A program made the position numbers and the translations under genes. The notes under the pieces are model-generated. The model searched no databases, had not been told where the DNA came from, and saw only the letters and a program-made list of their open reading frames with translations. A DNA stretch of 64,000 bases from Eledone cirrhosa (taxonomy: Eukaryota). The DNA is taken from NCBI GenBank assembly GCA_964016885.1, contig OZ024742.1, forward strand, positions 114,452,001 through 114,516,000. Direction: 5' to 3'. Below, piece after piece: positions 11,962 to 24,205 of this stretch (positions are counted from its first letter, which is position 1; the number at the start of each line of letters is the position of its first letter).

Positions 11962-13851
11962 ACCTAAAATTCTAAATAGGAGACCGAATGAATCTCCGCT
12001 TCAGAGTTAAGAACAAAGTAAATAAATACAATACAGAGGTAATAGAAATTAAATAAATACCATTCCACTTATTACAATGAAGCTCTTGCTCGGAGTCGAT
12101 TAGTCAATAAGGTAGCATATACAGGGTACGAAAATAGACCTAGAAGAAATAGATCCCGTCGTATTTGTTGGTATAACCCACAATATAATATGGAGGTGGC
12201 CACACCATTAGCTAAGATCTTTCTTTCCCTTATTACGAAGCATTTTCCCCCTACACATAAATATAGTAAATTTTTTAATAGAAATACTATTATAATTTCT
12301 TACTCTACGACTCCTAACCATGCACATAACATCACAGCTTCAAATTTAGCTAAACTAATTAGCCGTAGGAACACGTGCAACCATGTAGTTAGTACTAACT
12401 GTAATTGTAGGAATCGGGTTGATTGCCCCCTATCCGGGAAATGCCTCTCAAGTAAAATTGTCTACACATGTAAGGTTGAAACACCCACGTCCCGTAGGGC
12501 CTACATAGGATTAACCGCCAATAGATTCAAGCAGCGTCTTTACATGCATACCCATTCTTTTCGTTACACTCTAAGAATGAATATGACGTCACTCTCAGCT
12601 TATATCTGGAGTCTAAAAGACAACCACACCCAATTTAAGTTACACTGGGAGATCCTAGCTAGGGCTAGATCGTATAACGAAAATAAAAGACCATGTGACC
12701 TCTGCGTCGCTGAGGCCCTGGAAAAACTCTACGCCACAGACCACATCTTAAACAAAAAAACTGAGGCAATTTCGGCTTGTAAACATAAATTGCTCAAAGC
12801 TTTCCTGTATTACAGCCCCACGTTATACCCTAACGGAGAGTACGATCTATACGAGGATATTTTACGTCTTGATGTGGTAGCTAAGTATATGTTTTGTTTA
12901 TACCATTACTTATTTGCATAGGTAAGTATATATTACCTGTATGTTTTGTGAAGGTACGATTACCTTCTCGTACGTAAATTTGATTGTATATTTATGGCGT
13001 ATAATTTTATATTTTCTGGTACATATGGTTTGGTTATGTGTATACGGCTGTTTTGCATCTGTGTGAGTATGCAGGTTCGTACGTATGTAGGGTGTGTGTA
13101 TATGTGTACTTCATGTTTTGGTTGACTTACGTCTCCGAACTTTTCTATATTTACATGTAGGTATGTGTGTGAGTTTGTTATATACGTATTTATTTATTTT
13201 ATACGTTTATTTAATTATTTATTTATTTGTATACACGCATACACACACACACATACTTATATATGCGTGGTTTTGTATACCTTTGGTAAGTGTTTTCGCG
13301 TATGCTTGTGTATGTACGTATTTATATGCGTGTATGTATTTATTTAATTTTTATTACCTCTGTATTGTATTTATTTATTTGTTCTTAACTCTGAGGCGGA
13401 GATTCATTCGGTCTCCTAGTTAGAATTTTAGTCTACGACTTCTGCTATACCATTTACGTGGTTTTGTCTTTGCGTGCAATTGTTCTCCACGCTCCACATA
13501 TGACTTATTATCTTCGTTTTTTTCGTTCATTGCCAGAGAACGTCTCCATCAACCACCTAAGAGAACATTAGTCTACGACCTATTTTATACCATAAACGTG
13601 GTTCTGTCTTTGCGCGTAATTGTTTTTCACCGCTCCTATTAATGACGTATTATATTCGTTTTTTCCCGTTCTTGGCCAGGGAACGTTTCCACGAACCAAA
13701 GTATCGGCTTCCTGTCTTCCTCCGGTTGCAACGTCTTTTGAAATATCCACTTTTGCGTTTACAGATTGACTTTGTTAGTTTCAGAAGATCCCGTTAAGGG
13801 TGAAAGCAGCGATTCTTTGCTTAAACTTTAATCTGTTATTTTAATAAATAT
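11962..13851 (+). mobile_element. Naiad-clade PLE 3' portion with an inverted piece of its own 3' UTR at the 5' junction
   Basis: 11962-12060 is the reverse complement of about 13337-13431; GIY-YIG ORF; two roughly 135-bp tandem blocks at 13428-13700; ends at AATAAA. Confidence 0.85.
12190..12921 (+). pseudogene. Naiad PLE linker plus GIY-YIG endonuclease (C-terminal fragment)
   Basis: CNCRNRVDCPLSGKC, IVYTCKV, AYIGLT, FKQRLYMH, CDLC, LNKKTE...CKHK. Confidence 0.9.
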
Positions 13852-13921
13852 TTGCTCTACGGTTCTTATATTTTGATATATATTTATCCTTATCGAGCCC
13901 TCTTTGGTTTTTTGTATTCAA

Positions 13922-13952
<31 letters not shown>

Positions 13953-13954
<2 letters not shown>

Positions 13955-16900
13955 AGTTGCATTTATCTTGCTTTAAGTTCATACGAGTTATCACCAAGTC
14001 ACAACCAGTGACCTCAAGAGACAACAAGGTCCGCCATGTTCAAGAAAGAACATACATATTCACACATGCATATTTAGTTTTTAGAATCTTCCTTAGTATG
14101 TGGGCAGTTCCCATTAATACTATCTTTTGTATTTCTCCTATACGCGGGTTTCCTGGGATTTGCGATATGTAATCATTAGACCCCTTAGGTATCATTCCCA
14201 GAGCGCCTACAACCACTGGTATTGTTTTAGTTCTCAATTTCCACGTTTTTCCAATTTCTATCTCCAGGTCCTTATACTTGCTCAATTTTTCAAATGTTTT
14301 TATAGATACATTCTTGTCTATTGGAACAGACATATCAATTAGCAGGCATACCCTCTTTTGGAAGTCTTTCGATATTATATCAGGTCTGTTTGCATCTATT
14401 TTTCGGTCTGTTTGGATGCTAAAGTTCCACAAGATTGAGATGTGATCTTTTTCAAGTATGGGAGGTGGTTGATGCTCCCAACAATTCTTTTGATGGGGCA
14501 GGTCAAAATGCTTACACATTATCCAATGTATGTATTGTTCAGCTCTGTCATGCCTGTTTTGGTATTCGGTTGGAGCTATAGGACTGCACATTGAAATTAT
14601 ATGGTCAATGGTCTCTGGTTGTTTTTTGCATACACGGCATAATGGGCTGCACCCATTTTTTATTATGTTGGCTTGGTAATTTTTTGTTGGCAGACACTGA
14701 TCTTGTGCCGATATAATCAGTCCTTCAGTCTCCGATTTCAGGCCAGAGGATGCCAACCACTGATGGGTTAAAGTTTTGTCAACATCAGGATTGTTAGCTC
14801 GCTCTGTGTATTTTCCATACAGAGGCTTTTCTTGCCATTTCTTAGCCAGTTTCTGTAGCAGTTCTTTCTTTGCAGTTACTTTTACCTGCTTTGCTTTTTC
14901 TGTGTCTTCCATTTCAGCAGTAAATGGGACTTCTGAAATTTGTAGTCCATTACTGTATCTTTGTGCATCTTTTGTAATGGAATATGATCTTATGATGCTT
15001 TCGTGTTTCAAAACGAGTTTGATCATCCAACCATGTGATTCCCTTAGATATGTAGATAATCCAATTGTTGCAGTTTTCAACGCAATGCCTAACTGGATTA
15101 ACCCACGTCCTCCTTCTTTCCTAGGGAGATATATTCTATCTATATCTGCCTTAGGGTGATGCATTATGTGCATGGTTAATAATTTTCGAATTTTTGTATC
15201 GAGCCTACGGATCTCTGTGCTTGACCAGTTGATGACATTGTAACTGTAGGTTACTACTGGTATGGCAAGCCTGTTTATGGCATCGATCCTATTCCTTGCA
15301 TTCAATTCCGTTCTTAAGATTGCTCTTACTCTGCGGTAACATTCCTTCCTTATCCTTTCCCTCATTGTCGAGTGCTTGATACAGTCTCCTTCACAAACAC
15401 CTAGATATTTGTAAGTTTTTTCTTGATCAAGTTCTCTTATCACGTTCCTTCGATCAAGATTAATGTCTGAATTCTTCAGCAGCTTTCCTCTGGTGAACGT
15501 TGCTTTGGCGCATTTATCTAGTCCAAACTCCATGTTAATGTCATCACTGAACTGCTTCACAGTGGATAATAGCCCTTGCAATTGTTCATCATTTTTTGCA
15601 AATAGTTTCAGGTCATCCATGTAGAACAGGTGATTAATGGTTTTGTCATAGACGTTACAACCATGTTTTGTTTCATTGAGCATTTTACTTAATGGTATAA
15701 GTGCGATGCAGAATAAAAGCGGTGATAAAGAGTCACCCTGAAAAATTCCACAATTAATATTAACTTCTCCAGCTTCCAGTGATTTTGTTTCACTATTCAA
15801 AAGGAGTGTCGTTTTCCATGTCTTTACTGAATGACAAAAACCTCCTGACAACGGGGGATACTTTGAAAATCTCTAAACATTTTTCAATCCAACTGTGTGG
15901 CAAACTATCAAATGCTTTTTTATAATCTATCCAAGCAAACGATAGATTGTTGTGTCTATTATGACAATCTTCCAGTATCATTTTGTTAACCAGAAGCTGA
16001 TCCTTACAGCCATATGAGCCTCGTTTACACCTTTTCTGCTCAATGGGAAATAGGTCATTTGTTATCAGGTGGTCATATGTGTATTCAGTTAGGACTGATG
16101 TTAAAATTTTATACATTGTGGTCAAGCAAGTTATCGGTCTGTAATTTTTGGGATTGTTTGTCTCATCATTCTTCGGAAGTAGGAATGTAATGCCGTTAAC
16201 TAGCCATGAAGGTATCTTTTCTGGCTCCTTAACTATTTCATTGTAAAGTTGGGCTAACAGCTCATGAGACTCTGTGAAGGCGTTTATCCAAAAGTTTTGT
16301 ATTTTGTCTTTTCCTGGGGATTTCCATTTGCTGGTTTTTCTTATAGCCAAGCGCAACTGTTCATCTGTTATATTTTCCCATGTTTGTTCCTCAAGGTGAG
16401 CTGTATCTTTCATTTGTCTGTCTATCCATGGGGCATGTATGTTATGAACTTTTTCTTCGGCCCAGATCTTTTCCCAGAATTCTTGCACTTCCTCCTTGGG
16501 TGGTATTGATTTAGCAGTTATTGTTGACTTACCAATTTTTCTGTAGAAGTTTATTTGGTTGTTTTTGAACATATCATTGTCCTTATAGAATCTAGATCGT
16601 TTTTCAAAGCGCCTTATACGAGCAGCTTTGGCCGACACTTTTTGCTTGATTATTTCTATCAGCATGTCTATGTCACATGTTGATTTTATACTGTACTTTT
16701 TTTTCAATTTCCTAAGTTTAGTTTGTTTAACATGTTCACCTACTTTATAGTTTGTTAAAATTTCTATGTCAGATCGGAGAAGGTTTATTTGGCGATTGAT
16801 GTTCTCTTGCCAAGTAGATTTCTTATGGGAATTCCTTTGTTTTTTCATCTTCACTCCACATAAGTGAGTGGTGACTTTAGCCGATGCATAATAGAGATGA

Positions 16901-17881
16901 TTTAAATCAGTAATGTTTAGTTTGTTTGTGATGATAATGTTTTTGAGAATTATGTTAGTCTTGTGTATTATCTTTTGGTTCTGTTTGGAGTTCTGGATCT
17001 TAGGGAGGGTGTCTCGTTGCCCCATGTCAGATTCTTTCATTTTCATCCATTCGATCATAATTTCATCCTTGAAGTTGGCAAGTTCATTCTCATTCATTTC
17101 CTTATCATTTACGATCTCATTATTTTCATTTGGAGTTTCATCCTGAGCATGCACTCCCTCCACTTTTTCTATCCTTTCTTTAATTTGTTCTGTTGCCAGT
17201 GATTCCGCCCCAACCCTGGGATTCGAAGTGTTACAGTTTACCTCGTTTTCACTGACACATGTTTCATTTTCCCTTCGCTGACTTTGTGCTAATAGCTTGA
17301 TCTGATCAATTTCTATATCAGTTAGTAACATTTTTCTTACAATATTTCTTCGTATATTGGCTAGTTTGTTACTGTCAATATAGCCTCTGTTTTCGGGATG
17401 TTTCTTTTTCCAGTTGATATATGTCTGTTCTGTATTCGATGTATTTGATGGGTAGTACATGGCAGTGTAGAAAGCCTCAAGGACTTCTTTATTATCTACC
17501 CTTGACCATTTTTCTCTCTTTTTCTTTGGATTTCTTGGTGGTGAGCATGGAAGGCCAACAGTAGGAGTATTCCGGTTATGGGAGGTCTCCAGCTCCGAAG
17601 TAATGGGAAGGTTTGAACCATTAGCTGATTTTTCGACCCCAGTCTGGTTCCTCTCTGAGCGACGCGGCCCTTTTTTACCCGGGTGACGGCCGATCAGGTA
17701 TGAGATTTTATCATTAGACATTTACTTTATTTGTTCGCGTTTTATCCTTATCCGCCAAGGGGTAATCATTTCGTGTTACCACTTCTAGAACGAGTGTCAA
17801 CCAAGACTAGAGGGGTCGTTCTCCCCTAGAGACACGGCTATTCCCCGCCGGCCGCCATCCCGGTATTTCTTGGTCACGGGG
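13953..17881 (-). mobile_element. Near full-length R4/Dong-like RLE non-LTR retrotransposon with 3' end in (TAA)n
   Basis: (TTA)n at 13923-13952; RT, CCHC and RLE in one ORF split by a frameshift; GC-rich structured 5' UTR. Confidence 0.93.
14040..17721 (-). pseudogene. RT plus restriction-like endonuclease polyprotein (frameshift near 15800-15850)
   Basis: NYRPITCL, WIDYKKAFDS, GIFQGDSLSP, FYMDDLKL, CRVC...HIISMC, RHD, RPDI...LIDMSVP, KLSKY. Confidence 0.93.
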
Positions 17882-18060
17882 TTTTCTTTTTTTTTTTTTT
17901 TTTTAAATTGTTATTATCATGAGTGGTTCCTTAATGTGAGCATTGCGTGGCTTAAGAATGAAATTATTAATAATTATCTCCACTCCAGGCACAAGGCCAG
18001 CAATCACCCAGTGCATTACAATTTATTATTATTATTATTATTATTATTGTTATTGTTATT

Positions 18061-20799
18061 CCTTGAATCTCAGTCATTGATGTTGGTTAACTGGAAAGTC
18101 CGTTGGATTGAATATCAAGCCACTACCTGCAGCCTCAGATATTCAGGACGTATCGGAGGGTTCTTGCTGTTCCAAGCAAGCATGCCTTTTGAAGCGTTCC
18201 AAAAAGCGTGAAGGGGCCGATTTTCTTTAACCATCCCTGGAAACCTTTGGAGATAGTCCCCAGTGCGCCTATGACAATCGGGATCACTTTGACTTCATGG
18301 CAGTTCCAAATCCTTTTCACCTCCCACTTTAGGTCCTGGTATCGGTTAATTTTCTCCCTCTCCTTCTCTTGCACTCTCGTGTCGAACGGGCAGGCCACAT
18401 CCACAATCAGGCACGATCTTTTTTCTTTGTCCACAACCACCAGGTCAGGTCTATTGTGTTCCAGTTTTTTGTCCGTCTGTATCCTAAAATCCCACAGCAC
18501 CTTCACCTGACTGTTCTCCATCACCGCTTCTGGCCTATGCTCTATACCATTTCTCAGAATGTGGTAGATTGTTTACTTTGCACAGGTGCCAGTGGATCAC
18601 CCTGCCCATCACATCGTGTCTCCAGCCCTTATAGTGGGTCTGGGCTAGGTGTTTACACTCGGACACAATGTGAGCCACAGTCTCCTCTCTCTCTCCACAG
18701 ATCCTGCACAGTGGGCTAGCCTCCTCCTTGTAGATATGGTGCTTCAACCACTTCGTTTTGAGGGCCTGCTCCTGCGCAGCCATTAGCATTCCTTCTGTAG
18801 CCTTTTTGAGGTCTCCTCTTCTCAACCAGTTCCATGTCTGTGGATCTCTAAATTCAGTTTTCTCAAAGAAGGTACTATGAAGGGATTTTCCCTTAAGGCT
18901 GCTCTTCCTCCTTGATGTTATTTCCTCCTTGGGTATCCCCTGGCCTACTGTCCCCTCCTTCAGTACAGCTCTGAGCATTGGCTCCTTACTATAGGTCACG
19001 TATTTGTATAGGTTGTTTTTCTCCATCTGAACACAGTCCTCTATGCTGATAAGACCTCTTCCACCCTCAGATCTCCTTAGGTAGAGTCTATCGACATCAC
19101 TCCTCTTGTGGAACATGTTGTAGATAGTCAATAGCTTCCTAGTCTTCCTATCCATTTCTTTTTGTTCAGCAACATTCCATCTCAGAATTCCCGCACTGTA
19201 CCTAATAATAGACACAGCTCGGGAATTTACTGCGCTTATGGCATTTCTGCTGTTCAGATGTGACTTCAATACGCTCCTTACTCTCCGAATGTATTCAGTT
19301 CTTAACAATTCCTTCATTTTTTTGTTCTTTATGCCATCAGCCTCCAGAACGCCCAAATACTTGTATCCTTCCTCAGAGTCAATTTCCTTTATCATCTCAC
19401 CTGTTGGTATCTGGATCCCGTTACTTCTGCTCAACCTACCCCTCCTCATCACAATGACTCCACATTTACCAATACCAAACTGCATACATATATCACTGCT
19501 GAAAATACGGACAGTGTCAACAAGCACATCCAACTCCTTCTCACTTTTCCCGAAGAGCTTAAGATCGTCCATGAAGAGGAGGTGATTGATGGTAAGCTCT
19601 CCCCTTCCCAACTTGTATCCTGCTCTCACTTTTCGCAGCATTATGGTCAAGGGCATCAGGGCAACGACAAACAACAGAGGGGACAGGCTATCTCCCTGGA
19701 AGATACCTCTCTTGATCTTCACGCTTCCCAAGGATACTCCAGTTGATGTCAACTCTGTCTCCCAGGACCCCATACTCCTGCCCAGCAACTGTCTGATGTT
19801 ATCTGCCACCCTGAAGATCTCCAGGCTTTTGGTGATCCAGGAATGAGGCACCATGTCAAATGCCTTTCTGTAGTCTATCCATCCCATGGCAACATCAGTG
19901 TGTCTCCACCTGCAATTCCCCATTACCATCTTATCAATAAGCAACTGGTCCTTTGTACCACGTGACTTCTTTCGGCATCCTTTCTGTTCGTCCGGCAACA
20001 AGTTGTTTGTGTGGAGGTGATGGTAGATTTCCTCAGACACAATGCTCGTCAACAGTTTCCACATTACGGGCAGACATGTGATAGGTCTATAGTTGGTAAC
20101 ATCATTACCCTTGATTCGGTCTTTCATTATCAGAACTGTGGTACCTTTTGTCAACCACTCTGGCACCTCACCCGACACCAAGCAGTCATTGAACATGGCC
20201 GTCAGCTTCGGGTGGAGGGATGTTAAATGTTTAATCCAATACCCCTGCACACCATCTGGGCCTGGTGATTTCCAGTTGGTTAGTTTTTTGGCTTGCCCCT
20301 TAAGAGTTTCAACTGTGATACTCAAATCAGTCTGTTGCTGTGCCTGCTCACCGATCTCCCTCTGTACTGTCTCAATCCACCCTGCCTGGGCATTGTGTCT
20401 AACATCCTGCTCCCATATTCCTCTCCAGAATGTTTTAGCTTGTTCCGCCCCAGGGATCAAGTCGGTGCCTCTTTCTTTCCCCTCAAGCTGTCCAAACAGC
20501 ATCTTCTGGTTGTTGTCGAACATGCGGTTCTGTTTATACTGACTGACTCTGTTCTCGTATCGCCTGATTTTGGCACTCTTTGCTACAATGCGTTGCTTCA
20601 ATTCCTCTATGATAATATTTAGCTTTTTACTCCTAGTTTTGTATTTTATTTCCAGTCTATTTTTAGTGCCTATGTTTTTTAGTGTCCCATTCAGTAGTGA
20701 CTCAAGCTTTCCTATGTCATTTCTCATTTCCCCGATTTGCCCACTCAGTCGCTTCTTCCACCATGGCTCTGCTCTTTCTTGTCTGTTGTTTCCTCTCGC

Positions 20800-20801
<2 letters not shown>
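18061..20801 (-). mobile_element. 5'-truncated R4/Dong-like RLE LINE flanked on both sides by (TAA)n
   Basis: ORFs 18535..20801 and 18135..18524: WIDYRKAFD, GIFQGDSLSP, FMDD, CRIC...HIVSEC, NRPDLVVVD; (TTA)n at 18023-18060 and 20802-20888. Confidence 0.93.
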
Positions 20802-20892
<91 letters not shown>

Positions 20893-21584
20893 ATATACAT
20901 ATATATATACATATATACATTTATATACATATATATAGATATATACACACAACATTCTTCTAAATATAGCAGCACCCGAACTAAAGCTGACTTGACCTGG
21001 CTAATGACCACCAACAACAACACCACTACCAACACTAGGCAGAAGGTCAGCTGCACTTAGCAAAAACAACCACAACAGATTGTCTTGCCTCAGAAACAAA
21101 TTCTATAGACTTTAGACTGAGGAATGTTCTCACAACTGACCAATAGCAGGAGAGAGTGTCCTTTGACGCCGGAATTTGTTTGTTCCAATTCATATGATTT
21201 CAGTTCCTCAGAGAAATAACAACCCAACCAGGAACTGGGCATACCGGAGTATTGACGGAGTTAAACACCACAACAACATGTGTACCCGTCTCTACCACAC
21301 CAATTTGGACTGCCTGAAGCGGTCACAGCCAATGGTGGATGTCACCGAAATATATATAGCAGTACACCTTTAATAAAAGAAGCCACATTTTAAATATTTG
21401 ACTTATTTATTTTATTTTACATTACTCCGGAGTAACCAAACGAACCTGCGCACTTCGTCGAGTGCTCCAATTTGCATACTAGGTGTCGGTAAACAACCAA
21501 CATATACTCAATATATATTTATATATATATATATATATATACACACTGTATATATATAAATATATATATATATACATATACATA

Positions 21585-24205
21585 CTCTTTTACTGTTTTA
21601 CCTGTTCCAGCCATCCGGCTGAGGCCATGCAGGGGCAACGCCCTTGTTTCTACACATTTTATTTCTAACCTTTTGTCCACTGGTGTATGAGGGAGCTTGT
21701 TGCTGCTGCCCTTAGATTTCCCTCTTGCCTTGCTGTGGGCTCATCCGGGATCCTGTATAGCAAGGTGTGAGATGTTTCTTGAAGACATCCACCACCACAC
21801 CATGCAAATCTCTCAGATCCCTCGGAAGCTTGTTGAAGAGGTGGGGGTCCTTGAATCCCAGGCTATTGTAATATCTACTCCTTATTCTAGATGTGGAAGA
21901 CGGGACCTTTGGCACCACAGAGTGACGTCCTGTTCGACGGTTGATCCAGCTCGCAATGCCAAAGTTTGGTGCTAGTCCATCCAGTATTTTCCACATGTAG
22001 ATCACTGCGTATCTCTCCCGTCTTCGTTCCAAGGAGAAGAGATTCAGTTCTTTTACCCTCTCCCAGTAGCTTATCTCCTTCATCGTGGCAATCCTCTGGT
22101 GTAGCTCCGCCGGATTGCCACGAGGTCCGTGGTTAGTTTGACACTATGGGGTGACCACAACTGGGAGCAATAGTCGAGGGTGCTTAGGACAATTGTCCTC
22201 CATAGTGTCAACATGGTGTCTCGGTCTTTTGTCCGGAAAGTCCTCAAGATCCAGCCAGCGTGTCGTCTGCACACTGTTGCCACTTTCATGATGTGTGAGG
22301 AAAAGGATGCATCATCGCTCATGTCTATACCCAGGTCTCGTATCGATTTTGACACGGGGATATCGGTGCCTCCTAGTCCTGCGTAACTGTGTTGTACTGT
22401 ATTTGTGTTTGCAGGTTTGTTTTGTAGGGCTTGGAATTTTCCAGCATTAACCTAGATGTTGTTTTCTTCAGCCCATTTGTATATGGCATCCAGATCTTGT
22501 AAAAGGGCAGCGTCAGCCGGGTTTTTGATTGCCTGTGCTACCTTAGTGTCATCAGCATAGCTAGTGAGGGATATTATTGTATATAATACAGAGGGCATGT
22601 CTGAGAGAGCCACCAAAAACAGTAATGGTCCCAGGACTGTGCCTTGGGGCACCGCACTTGTTATTGATGTTTCCTTTGAGAGGGCTCCGTTTGCGGCGAC
22701 TGTCTGGCTTTTGTCCTTTAAGAAGTCATACAACCACTCACTTACTTTTCCAGTTATGCCTAGTCCGTGTAGTTTGTGACATATCATTCCGTGGTCGACC
22801 TTGTCAAAGGTCTTCGCAAAGTCAAGACATATCACGTCCACATGTGAGCTGTCTAGCAGTTGTTACAGTACCCAGTCGTAGTGATGTAGCAGCTACGTAA
22901 GGCAGCTTCTTCTGGGCGAAAGCCATGCTGCGTTCCAGTCAAGCGGTCCTTTTCCTCGAGGAAAGTGATGAGTTTTTTTCTGACAACTCGCTCCATGACC
23001 TTACTGATATGCGACGTCAGGGAGACTGGCCTAAAGTTTTTTGGCGTCCGCTCTCCTACCCCCTTTATGGATAGGGCATAGTGTGCCTTCTTTGAGCTCA
23101 CTGGGTAGTATTCTGATAGCCAAGGAGCTTCTGAAGAGCATCTTCAGTGGAGTTGCTAAGGCCCGCTTACATGTTTTTAAGAGGACTGCTGGGAATCCAT
23201 CACGTCCAGCAGCTGAGTCTGTTTTAATTTTATCTATGTCGTACACCACATCATCCTCCGTTAGATCTATGTGGTTGATTGTCACCATTTCTTCTTATAA
23301 TGTTGTGGCATCAAAGAACTCCTCTGCCTTTGTTATTTGCATGTGCCTCAGTGGACATGTGAACACACTTTTGTCCTGTTCGTTCAGTATATCACATATC
23401 TCTTGATGATTCTCGGTTAATGGACTGTTTGTATGGAAGAGTGGCCCAATCTTGCAGTGTATCGAGGTAGTGTGTTTTGCAAATTTAAAGAATGCTTTAG
23501 GGATTTTTTTATGTTTTCTATGGCCCTGCTTTCTTTCTTTGCCCTCTCATTTTCATGGGAAAGTTTGAGTGTAATCTCGGTGTCAAGTAGTGCACGTTTC
23601 AAATAGGATTTCTTCTTGTTTTTGTTTTCTCGTTGTACATTTAGCTGATTTGAGAGCTTGGTTCTACGTCTCATAAGGATTTTCCTATCTCTGGGAATAA
23701 CATGTTTGTGTCCGTTTTCCTTGTTCTCCAGGACAAAATTTTTGCATATAGTGTGTATCGTTGTCATGAAGTGTTGAAATTGTCTGTTGGTGTCTTGTGT
23801 GGCGGTGTTTTCGCTCCATGTTTGCTTCCGGATTTCTCTCTTGATCTTTTTCCAGTTAGTCTTGTAGAAGTTAAGGCTGGATAAAGTCCCGGTGCTTCTT
23901 GATAGTTTTGTCTCTGTTCGTTCTCTCGGACCACATATCATTAGTTCTACTAAGTTATGATCCGAGAAAATTGTTGGTGTCACCTTAACATTGTGGACAA
24001 GCACTTCGTTGTTTGTAAAAGAGATGTCCAGGTAATTTTCGCCTCTTGTTGGGAGGAGTACTGCTTGTTCCATATACAGACTGTGTGTGACGGCCAACAG
24101 GGATTCCGCCTGTCTCTGTTCAATTGACGTTATCCCAGGGAGGAGGTGGCCATCAGGCCATTTGACCTTTGGCAAGTTGAAGTCTCCCAGCAGTAGAATG
24201 ATGAG
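21585..24205 (-). mobile_element. CR1-group LINE ORF2 (APE plus RT), 5'-truncated with multiple frameshifts
   Basis: LLGDFN, PTRGENYLD, FSDH (APE); FRPVSLTS, LDFAKTFDKVDH, VPQGTVLGP, YADD (RT); LDYCSQLWSPH, SYWERVKELNLFSLERRR. Confidence 0.9.

Noticed and set aside
13778-13825. CAGAAGA TCCC...GGGT GAAA at the Naiad terminus
   Set aside because: No stem I or III and a non-canonical core; cannot be called a ribozyme.
21448-21483. Hairpin followed by CTAG resembling a Helitron 3' end
   Set aside because: Followed by G rather than T, and no 5' end or body support.
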